The notes under the pieces are model-generated. The model worked only from the letters and a program-made list of their open reading frames with translations, was not told where the DNA came from and made no database searches. The position numbers were made by a program, and so were the translations under genes. DNA of 23,287 nucleotides, taken from NCBI GenBank assembly GCA_048938005.1, contig JBHLMQ010000048.1, forward strand, positions 1-23,287, in the 5' to 3' direction. Shown here piece by piece: positions 15,787 to 23,287 of the stretch. This stretch comes from Promethearchaeota archaeon. GTDB lineage: Archaea; Asgardarchaeota; Lokiarchaeia; Sigyniarchaeales; SOKP01. Each line of letters opens with the position of its first letter. The stretch's first letter is position 1.

Positions 15787-18597
15787 TTATTTTTTTCGGC
15801 GTTTTTTTTGTAATATAATGGTGGTTAAACTAAATATCCCTAATAAAATTAATATATCGTATCCAGGAATTTCTGGAGGGAATTCCCCCTCTCCTTTATC
15901 TTCATATGCCCAGGCGAATACTCCAGCAAGAGGACCGGTAACATTGAATACTATTGTAATAGAATTAGCCCCTACGTTGTATGAAACGGATTCATTCATT
16001 TTTTCTACGGGCATACCTTCCCAATATCCATACATACCGCCATATTCCGTATTATTAATCCATGTATAGAGAATTAAATCTAATGTGGCCACAGGGAGAT
16101 AGAGAGGTAATACTACTGTCATTTCAATCTGATCTACTATTGAGTGATTTGTTACCATGATATCGCTGTAGAATAATAAAGTTCCATTAGGTACTTCTTC
16201 ATGTACAGGAGATTCAGGTAGAATAGCAAAAAGGAAATCTGCACCACCACTGGAGGTTGTGATATTTGCTGAGAATGCAAAATCAGGTAATAAATCAGAT
16301 TGTAATATTAATGGATTAGATCCAAATGAGAGAGGGGCACCTATTTTATAGTAAGAGCTGAAAAAATGAGACCACATCATACCTCTCATATATAAGGGAA
16401 CTCCGAGAGGTACATCAAGGTACAATTTAGAAAAATCACCACTTGAATAATTATATGCCTCAACTCTATCAAATGATAGATATACATCTTCCCACATAAA
16501 CGATAGTTCATCAAAATCAAATCCCGTAGTTCCCATTGGATATAATAAAGGAGGACCTTGTGTTCCTGCCATCATATAATATGGTGCCATTGCCCAATAA
16601 TTATTTGCCGCGGCGATAAGAATGTATGTATTAGATAAAATCCACATCTCCATCGTCATATTCCAATAATAGAGATCAGCATAAACCTCCGAAAAAACTT
16701 GGGAACCTTCATAGAATCCACCCGTTAATTCAGATAAATCTACTAAAACTTCTTTAATTTCAGTTATTATTGCCTTTAATTCAAATCCATTTGATCCATA
16801 ATAAATTTCATCCGATACTCCATATGCCCATTTAGTATTACTGGTGGAATTTGCCCCAATTGTAAAAAGAGTCATCCCAGGATCGGGAATATCAATTGTT
16901 ATTACATCATTTGCCGTATCTATATTATAAAAGTTTTTGGGAGGGATTCCCCACATTTTAGCGGAATTATTATAACCTATTAGAAGTAGGTCGTTTTCAG
17001 TAATTCCAAAATTACTCAAAAATAACTCATCATATTCAATTGCTAAACTCATCGGTCCAATTCCAAGTGAATTATTTGTATATATGTCAAGATAAAAGCC
17101 AACTCCAGGTGGGAATGCGTTTGGAGCAGATACATTTATTGGATTTATTGGTAATAACGCCCAATATAATTCAATATCTCCTGAAATTGTAAAATTAACA
17201 AAAATATCCCAAGGTATAAACAAATCTGAGTAGAGATATTCCATAACAGCATTGCTCGTAAGGATTGTCATATTCTTTTCAAACATTATAAAACCATACT
17301 CATCAGGCTCACCATCTATATATCGAATTAACTTATTAACACCTGTTTCAAGGTTTGCAATACTTATAACATGATCGAAAGAGGTATAGTTCCACATTTC
17401 AAAATGCATGAATTTTCCCTCTTCTTTTATGTAAACCTCATCAAAGTTTACATATCTTCTACACGTAAAATTATTCTGCATAAATAGCATTTCCTCTATT
17501 GTTGCACTTTTATCAAATACAATAGGACTAGGTGGTGGGCTAACATCTGCTTGCCATGGTAAGGAAGGATATAAATTATTTGCTGCTCCTACAACTGCAT
17601 TTTCCATTTGAAATTCATAAATTTCCAATGTCGGATTCCATACTGATATATTCGCAAGTACTTGCTCAAAAGCCATTGGTCCTGTACCATAAGGATTATG
17701 ACTCCAATATCCCCAATAATTTGTAATATTAAATCCAGTGATTTTGATTTTTTTTTCTACAAATCCTTCAAAATAGTTGTTTTCACCAAAATAGATTGTG
17801 TCTCCTATGTTAACGCCCCATTCAACTTCATCAGTTATATCTGTATCAAAAACTCGATGTATTTTTTCATATTCATCAACCATATCTCCCCCAGAGCCCC
17901 ATTCTTGAGAAATGTAGTATTCAGCTTCTCTTATGGTCCCATTATCGAAATAAGTGGCATTAATGAAATACGGTTCACTACTGCTTCCAAAATGAAGATT
18001 TTTCTCGGAATTATCTGCATTATAATAATCAAATGAGTTTAGACGCCCTTCAGCAGCGAGAGGATCAAAGCAAGTTGTTAATATTATGTTTCCTAAATAG
18101 TTAAGATCTAAGGTTTTACTCGAACCGTTTAATGGTAAGATTAATGGTATATATCCATAAACACCACTATAATAAATTTCAGACATAATAGATGTATTAA
18201 ATCCAAAATGAGCAATTGGAGCTGGATCTCCAGTAGATTGTGGCATATCTGCAACAAGATCGTACCAAACACTAGTTCCATTGACTCTTGATAGATTAAA
18301 AGTTCCTAATCCAAAAATATCTACAAGTGTTGTGTCAAATCCAGTTATATTCAAGCCAAGACTGTTTTTAAACATATGTATGATTTCATTCGTCGTTGAG
18401 TTCTTATCAATAACTTCCAATTCAACCCATAGCGTATCTCCAGTAGTTACATTCCACACCCATGCATTATTTGGGTGTGGTTCTGGAACTGGCACATCTG
18501 CTTTTGTATTTGTAATCATTATATTAAAAAGCATTAATGTAGGAACAATAGCGAGAAGTATTACCAAAATTATACTCCTAATCTTAATTTTTTTCAT
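15787..18597 (-). CDS. Large secreted cell-surface glycoprotein with IPGY (Loki-CTERM-like) sorting tail; S-layer/adhesin candidate
   Basis: N-terminal signal peptide (MKKIKIR plus hydrophobic core, TKA/D), internal repeats and more than 25 N-x-S/T sequons by manual count. C-terminus EIPGYDILILLGIFSLTTIILQKKRRKK (IPGY at 15859-15870). Confidence 0.85.
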   Translation of the reverse strand: MKKIKIRSIILVILLAIVPTLMLFNIMITNTKADVPVPEPHPNNAWVWNVTTGDTLWVELEVIDKNSTTNEIIHMFKNSLGLNITGFDTTLVDIFGLGTFNLSRVNGTSVWYDLVADMPQSTGDPAPIAHFGFNTSIMSEIYYSGVYGYIPLILPLNGSSKTLDLNYLGNIILTTCFDPLAAEGRLNSFDYYNADNSEKNLHFGSSSEPYFINATYFDNGTIREAEYYISQEWGSGGDMVDEYEKIHRVFDTDITDEVEWGVNIGDTIYFGENNYFEGFVEKKIKITGFNITNYWGYWSHNPYGTGPMAFEQVLANISVWNPTLEIYEFQMENAVVGAANNLYPSLPWQADVSPPPSPIVFDKSATIEEMLFMQNNFTCRRYVNFDEVYIKEEGKFMHFEMWNYTSFDHVISIANLETGVNKLIRYIDGEPDEYGFIMFEKNMTILTSNAVMEYLYSDLFIPWDIFVNFTISGDIELYWALLPINPINVSAPNAFPPGVGFYLDIYTNNSLGIGPMSLAIEYDELFLSNFGITENDLLLIGYNNSAKMWGIPPKNFYNIDTANDVITIDIPDPGMTLFTIGANSTSNTKWAYGVSDEIYYGSNGFELKAIITEIKEVLVDLSELTGGFYEGSQVFSEVYADLYYWNMTMEMWILSNTYILIAAANNYWAMAPYYMMAGTQGPPLLYPMGTTGFDFDELSFMWEDVYLSFDRVEAYNYSSGDFSKLYLDVPLGVPLYMRGMMWSHFFSSYYKIGAPLSFGSNPLILQSDLLPDFAFSANITTSSGGADFLFAILPESPVHEEVPNGTLLFYSDIMVTNHSIVDQIEMTVVLPLYLPVATLDLILYTWINNTEYGGMYGYWEGMPVEKMNESVSYNVGANSITIVFNVTGPLAGVFAWAYEDKGEGEFPPEIPGYDILILLGIFSLTTIILQKKRRKK

Positions 18598-18761
18598 AAG
18601 AAATCAGTTTTTACTTGGTTTCTAAATTATATTATAGTATTTAGAATTTTTTGTAATAAGAAAATAAAAAAATCTATTTTTATATTTATGTATATGGAGA
18701 CCAAATAATAATTTTGAATTTTTCCAAAATTGTAGAAAAAGAGAGAGCTAATTAAATCGAA

Positions 18762-19562
18762 ATGAATAGTGAAAATAACAAAATAACAAAAAAAATATGG
18801 GATATTCAAGTCTATATCCTAAAACTCGAAGATATTAAAGAAGAAATGATAAATCATTTAAATTCTCTTAAAGAATTAGATAGCTCAACAAAAAATTTAT
18901 GGATCTCGGACATTGAGGAATTCTATTATAATATTGTTTCAGCATGGGAAATGTTAAGAGAAAGCACAAACGTAGGGCATAAAGATATTGAGAATTCAAA
19001 AAGTTATATATTTGATGCGAGAAATCGTCTATCCAAAATTATAAGCGAACTTAAAATTTTCCAGAGTGAGAAATCAAATTTGCTTATTAGTAAAGCTGAG
19101 AAAGCTTTTAATAAATGTTGGGAAATGTTTTGGTTGCGATTCAAGAATTTATTAACTGAAAAAGAGATTTTGAAACCTAAAGAAAGAGTTATTAAGATTT
19201 CTGATTTTAAATATCACTTGCCCTGTTCAGTATGTGGTAAGATTGCTGTAGATTTTAAGATTGGATATGGAAGACTTGATAAAAATGAATCTTTAGTCTT
19301 TAGAGGAATAACGCTTGAAACCTCTTTGAATGTTACTCTGGCAAATGATTTATTTAAAATTTTACAAAGAAAAGACCTGTTAGGAGTTCATAATTTTATG
19401 AAAAAATACCATTCATATGAAGGAGTAGATGCTTATTGTCCCGAATGTGATAAGATTTATTGTTGGGAACATTACAATGCTAAAGAAGAATATGACGATG
19501 GTTTTTATGATTGTACTTATGGTGAGTGCCCTAATGGACACAAAAGAATGATAGATGATTAA
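18762..19562 (+). CDS. Hypothetical protein: helical N-terminal domain plus Cys/His-rich putative Zn-binding domain
   Basis: CSVC, CPEC...CWEH and CPNGH motifs in a 266-aa ORF. Confidence 0.7.
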   Translation: MNSENNKITKKIWDIQVYILKLEDIKEEMINHLNSLKELDSSTKNLWISDIEEFYYNIVSAWEMLRESTNVGHKDIENSKSYIFDARNRLSKIISELKIFQSEKSNLLISKAEKAFNKCWEMFWLRFKNLLTEKEILKPKERVIKISDFKYHLPCSVCGKIAVDFKIGYGRLDKNESLVFRGITLETSLNVTLANDLFKILQRKDLLGVHNFMKKYHSYEGVDAYCPECDKIYCWEHYNAKEEYDDGFYDCTYGECPNGHKRMIDD

Positions 19563-19674
19563 TTTAAATCAAGTTAATAATCATTTTTAAATGAAATATA
19601 ATAGATAATAAAAAAGTTAAAAATTTTGGCACAATTAAAATTATGAAACATTAAGCACATTAAAGAGAATTAAA

Positions 19675-20190
19675 ATGGATTTTCACGATGTAGTAAAATT
19701 GAGAAGGAGTTATAGGTTTTATAAACCAGAAATGCCTGAGAAAGAAAAGGTCAGAAAGGTTTTAGAAGCTGCGCGTTTAGCACCAACATGGGCTAATAGG
19801 CAGGGTGTAAAATATATAATCGTACAAGAATCTGAAAATCTAAAAGCAGTTTGGGAAGCAATCGGACAGGAAAAGAAATTTATTGGTGCACCAATGTTCA
19901 TAATAGGTATAATTTCTGAGAGCGATTCAGGTTCAAATATAAATGGTGAAAAATATTATGGTGTAGATTTTGGAATTTGTTTTGAACATTTAATTTTAGC
20001 GGCAGCATCAGAGGGTTTGGCAACTTGTTGGATTGGTCGATTTAACGATAAGAAAATAAGGAGTATATTAAAAATTCCTAAAAAATATAAAATAATGGGA
20101 ATAACACCTTTAGGATATTCAGTTAAACCCAAAGGTGAAGTTAAAGAAAGAAAACCTATTGATGAGATTGTTCATTACGAACAATTTTAA
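19675..20190 (+). CDS. Nitroreductase family flavoprotein
   Basis: Motifs RRSYR, AARLAPTWANRQ and LAAASEGLATCWIG. Confidence 0.93.
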   Translation: MDFHDVVKLRRSYRFYKPEMPEKEKVRKVLEAARLAPTWANRQGVKYIIVQESENLKAVWEAIGQEKKFIGAPMFIIGIISESDSGSNINGEKYYGVDFGICFEHLILAAASEGLATCWIGRFNDKKIRSILKIPKKYKIMGITPLGYSVKPKGEVKERKPIDEIVHYEQF

Positions 20191-20231
20191 ATTAATTTTT
20201 ATTTTTTATATAACATTTCATTTATTTAGTT

Positions 20232-20420
20232 ATGAGAATGAGAAAATGTTTTAGATGTGGAAAAGATTTGGACTTTGAAAGTTATATCAAAAATAGTAGC
20301 CCCAATGAAATTGACCATTTAACAAAAATTTGGAATTGTAAATATATAGAATTCTATTGCTGTCATTGCTATTGTTTCAAAACTAAATATCAACCCTATA
20401 TTAATTCAGAACAAGAATAG
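20232..20420 (+). CDS. Small putative Zn-binding protein
   Basis: 62 aa with CFRCG...FYCCHC, filling an intergenic gap. Confidence 0.65.
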   Translation: MRMRKCFRCGKDLDFESYIKNSSPNEIDHLTKIWNCKYIEFYCCHCYCFKTKYQPYINSEQE

Positions 20421-20428
20421 ATATTAAC

Positions 20429-20833
20429 TTATTTATTTTTTAATTCTGTAAGAATTTCTTCTAATATTTTAATTATCCTTTCTTTATATGAAGGTTGATT
20501 TGGATAATTATAACTAAAAGTCTTCCAATAAGGTCGTTTATGTCCTATTTTAAACTTGATTCCCTTCATAGAGGTCTTATAAGAATTACTATCAATTTTA
20601 GTTGCGATTTGATCAGCAATTATATACCAATGAAATTGCGTATTGATGCTCGCGCCAGTATTATTTGGAGCAGGATTTATTCTTGTTTTGTGGCACTCAA
20701 ATTTAAAATCCCATCTATCAGGTGCTTTTTTAATCTCATACCATCTACCATTGGTATAATTCCAATTATGAGAGTTTCCCACTCTCATACCGGTATATAC
20801 TTTATTATCATATTTCTTAAGAGAATTGTACAT
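20429..20833 (-). CDS. Conserved-looking hypothetical protein (YTGMxVG..HxW.Y..G.W motif)
   Basis: 134 aa, rich in Trp/His/Gly, with motifs FHWYIIADQ and KFKIGHKRP. No function recognised. Confidence 0.75.
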   Translation of the reverse strand: MYNSLKKYDNKVYTGMRVGNSHNWNYTNGRWYEIKKAPDRWDFKFECHKTRINPAPNNTGASINTQFHWYIIADQIATKIDSNSYKTSMKGIKFKIGHKRPYWKTFSYNYPNQPSYKERIIKILEEILTELKNK

Positions 20834-20880
20834 TAAAAGCTGGTGAAATTAATTTTTATAGCAAGTATAAAAAAAATAGG

Positions 20881-20896
20881 ATTGTATAAATACAAT
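20881..20896. promoter_or_regulatory. Palindromic candidate transcription-factor operator
   Basis: ATTGTAT-AA-ATACAAT, a perfect 7-bp inverted repeat about 48 bp upstream of the 20833 start. Confidence 0.35.
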
Positions 20897-20945
20897 ACAA
20901 GTCTTAAGATTTATTGATAAAAGAAAAAAAAATAAAGAACTTCAA

Positions 20946-21356
20946 TTATTTTTCGATTATCCATTCATATTTTGTTGGACCAGCAAATATTAAGACTAAT
21001 GCAGGGATTATAACTGGCCATCCACCCCACCAATAACCGAATATATCTAAAAGTATTCCCCAAAAAAGCATCCACGGGAACCTAATATTTCCAAGAGGCA
21101 TTACCCAATTAAGTAAGAAATCCCAATCTTTTTTAGAACATTTAATCGAAAATTTAGGCAAGATTATAAAAAAGGATATCAGAATTGCTAAAATTCCGCT
21201 TATAATCAACCAAATAGGATTTGCCCAACCAATTGTAACATAAGGTAAAGTTAAAATACCCCATATTACGTTGATAATTCCACTTATTATTCCAACTATC
21301 CAAGCGATCATCCCAAGAAATGATACCCAAGAGGCATGTTTCCATTCTGTACTCAT
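20946..21356 (-). CDS. Hypothetical Trp/Gly-rich membrane protein
   Basis: 136 aa with 3-4 hydrophobic segments and an upstream GAGGT SD-like motif. Confidence 0.75.
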   Translation of the reverse strand: MSTEWKHASWVSFLGMIAWIVGIISGIINVIWGILTLPYVTIGWANPIWLIISGILAILISFFIILPKFSIKCSKKDWDFLLNWVMPLGNIRFPWMLFWGILLDIFGYWWGGWPVIIPALVLIFAGPTKYEWIIEK

Positions 21357-21524
21357 ACTTTTTACCTCAAACCTTTTTTTTAAAGTCTTTAATTTTTTAT
21401 TTAAAAATCTTTAACTTATTAATATACAAAATGATATATATAATATTTAGGTAAAATACTAAATTTTTATTAGGTGGATGAAATTGAAAAGTTTGAGTAT
21501 ATTCATTTAATTTTTCAAATTCTT

Positions 21525-22997
21525 TTATTCAGATTTCGGTTCCAGTATTTCTTCTACGTAATATAATCCTACTAAATTTCCTCTTCGTTCAAATTTTCTT
21601 GAAACTAATAAGATTATTACATGTTCATTTTCATATAGTAATTTTTTTTCAACAGTATATTTAACAGATTGTTCTATTATTTCTTCAGCATCCATATTGA
21701 AGAAATCAACATTCTTAATATGAACAGGATGTACTCCCCATACTAAATTTAATTCCCTTGCGGTTTTTTTAAAAGGAGTTATAGCAATTATCGGCAATGG
21801 GGGACGATACTTTGCTATCATTCTTGCTCCATAACCTCTGCGTGTGATCACTAGAATTTTACCCCTGAAATTTAATTCCTCCATTTCGGACGCTAACGCA
21901 TGGATAGCATGTCCCAAAGTTTGGGTGTGAGTAAGTCTATCCGAATCGTATTCATCTGGAATTCTTTTAGGCATGTTTTCGGTAGCTGTTTTAGATATTT
22001 GATTCATATACTGAACAGAATTAATTGGATATTTACCTACTGCCGTTTCTGCAGAGAGCATCACAGCATCAGTTCCATCCATAACAGCATTATAAACATC
22101 ATTAGCCTCTGCCCTTGTAGGTATTGGGTTAGAAATCATTGATTCAAGCATTTGTGTTGCAACAATAATGGGTTTTCCTTCTCTATTACACTTGTATATC
22201 ATTTCTTTTTGCCATAAGGGTACTTTATCTGGATCGATTTCAACCCCTAAATCACCTCTGGCCACCATAATACCATCTGAAACTTCTAAGATTTGATCAA
22301 AATTATCTAGTGCAATTGGGCGTTCAATTTTAGAAATTAGTTTAATTTTAGAATTTCCATAATTTTCAAGAATTTTTTTTACATGAAGAACATCATCTCC
22401 TCCAGCTACAAATGAAATTGCAACATATTCAGGACTAATTTCTGCAATAAATTCAAGATCCTTTACATCTTTTTCAGTGGGAACTTTTTGAGATAATTCT
22501 CCAGTTGGGATATTGACTCCTTTTCTATTACTAATCATTCCTCCAGCTAAGACTTCTCCAACAATATAGTCTTCTTCTTTTCTAATAACTTTAATTTTGA
22601 TAATCCCATCATTTACGAAAAATATATCTCCAACCTTCATCGATTTAAGAAAACCTTCTAATGGAATTGAGAATTGATCCTGATTGCCTTCTATTTCTTT
22701 TTCAAAAACTTTTACTTCTTGACCGATGGCTAAACTATAAGCTTGATCTTCTTTAAATTTCCCTACTCTAATTTTTGGACCTTGAATATCAGCTAAAATT
22801 CCTGTGTATTCATCTACTTCTCTTATTCTTTTAATTAATTCTCTCTTTTCATCATGAGTCCCATGAGAAAAATTTAATCTAAAAATATCAACTCCTGTAT
22901 CTATTAAATTTCTAAGCATGGTTTTTGAACTCGAAGCAGGACCAAGAGTACTTACAATCTTCACTGTATTTTCTCTAAATGACATTTTTGTATACAT
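21525..22997 (-). CDS. pyk: Pyruvate kinase
   Basis: Motifs KIVSTLGPAS, RLNFSHG, DIQGPKIR, DGIMVARGDLGVE, ATQMLESM, PTRAE and DAVMLSAETA. Alternative start at 22985. Confidence 0.98.
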   Translation of the reverse strand: MYTKMSFRENTVKIVSTLGPASSSKTMLRNLIDTGVDIFRLNFSHGTHDEKRELIKRIREVDEYTGILADIQGPKIRVGKFKEDQAYSLAIGQEVKVFEKEIEGNQDQFSIPLEGFLKSMKVGDIFFVNDGIIKIKVIRKEEDYIVGEVLAGGMISNRKGVNIPTGELSQKVPTEKDVKDLEFIAEISPEYVAISFVAGGDDVLHVKKILENYGNSKIKLISKIERPIALDNFDQILEVSDGIMVARGDLGVEIDPDKVPLWQKEMIYKCNREGKPIIVATQMLESMISNPIPTRAEANDVYNAVMDGTDAVMLSAETAVGKYPINSVQYMNQISKTATENMPKRIPDEYDSDRLTHTQTLGHAIHALASEMEELNFRGKILVITRRGYGARMIAKYRPPLPIIAITPFKKTARELNLVWGVHPVHIKNVDFFNMDAEEIIEQSVKYTVEKKLLYENEHVIILLVSRKFERRGNLVGLYYVEEILEPKSE

Positions 22998-23074
22998 TTT
23001 TATAATTTTAAATTAGATTCTAAAATCCAAACTATTGTAGTAATTAATATTATTATTATGTTTATCCTTAAAAA

Positions 23075-23287
23075 TTATTCATTTTCTATTATTTTCTTAA
23101 ATTTTACTAATTTGCTACGAAATTCTTTTCTAAAATGATTCAATTTTTCTATAGAATTAGTGTAATCTTCAACTTTTTTGATTTCTTTTAATAATAACAA
23201 TTGAATTCTTAAGGTTTTTGGAAAAAGCGAATATTGAATTAACTTTAAATCATGTTTAATTGCATAATCTCTCGCGAGTTGAACTAA
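23075..23287 (-). CDS. 3' end of a hypothetical protein (partial; not in the ORF track)
   Basis: Manual translation from the window end gives an open frame LVQLARDYAIKHDLKLIQYSLFPKTLRIQLLLLKEIKK...KKIIENE* (70 codons, stop at 23075-23077). Confidence 0.65.
   Translation of the reverse strand, partial: LVQLARDYAIKHDLKLIQYSLFPKTLRIQLLLLKEIKKVEDYTNSIEKLNHFRKEFRSKLVKFKKIIENE

Noticed and set aside
18627-18809. 60-aa hydrophobic minus-strand ORF upstream of the surface protein
   Set aside because: Low-complexity translation of an AT-rich divergent promoter region that overlaps the start of the 18762 gene.
124-22142. Short overlapping ORFs in the track (e.g. 124-369, 724-1020, 4681-4914, 8355-8666, 12505-12855, 15021-15428, 15818-16069, 17662-18036, 18281-18625, 20495-20836, 21900-22142)
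   Set aside because: They lie antisense or out of frame within well-supported genes and show no recognisable motifs, so they are treated as shadow ORFs.
1-23287. Selenoprotein/SECIS recoding (known in Lokiarchaeia)
   Set aside because: I saw no ORF broken by an in-frame TGA at a catalytic Cys position and no convincing SECIS-like stem. A covariance-model search would be needed to exclude it fully.

Overview
AT-rich archaeal chromosomal window, most consistent with an Asgard archaeon (Lokiarchaeia-like). This is inferred from an archaeal TFB, an archaeal-type DnaK, two GGR/FixC-family flavoproteins, IPG[YF]-TM-basic C-terminal sorting signals and an SDS22-like LRR protein. In order, it holds: a 5'-truncated FixC/GGR-type flavoprotein with a FixX-like ferredoxin; an amidohydrolase-2 decarboxylase; a co-oriented grpE-dnaK-dnaJ(class B)-tfb run; a cell-envelope block; an LRR protein; a CoiA-like nuclease; membrane proteins; a 936-aa repeat-built, sequon-rich surface protein with an IPGY tail; several Cys-rich Zn-binding proteins; a nitroreductase; a K+-independent-type pyruvate kinase; and a partial CDS at the right edge. 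The envelope block comprises a geranylgeranyl reductase, a 4TM protein, a GT87/DUF2029-like GT-C glycosyltransferase, a Zn-ribbon membrane protein with an IPGF tail and an archaeosortase with Cys/Arg/His residues. The strongest candidate for an undescribed system is this archaeosortase, its two putative substrates and the neighbouring lipid/glycolipid enzymes, which could form a C-terminal (glyco)lipid-anchoring pathway functionally analogous to GPI anchoring. That link is inference from gene context only. No rRNA, tRNA, CRISPR array or transposase was recognised. All family assignments come from motif recognition by eye; no database searches were run.
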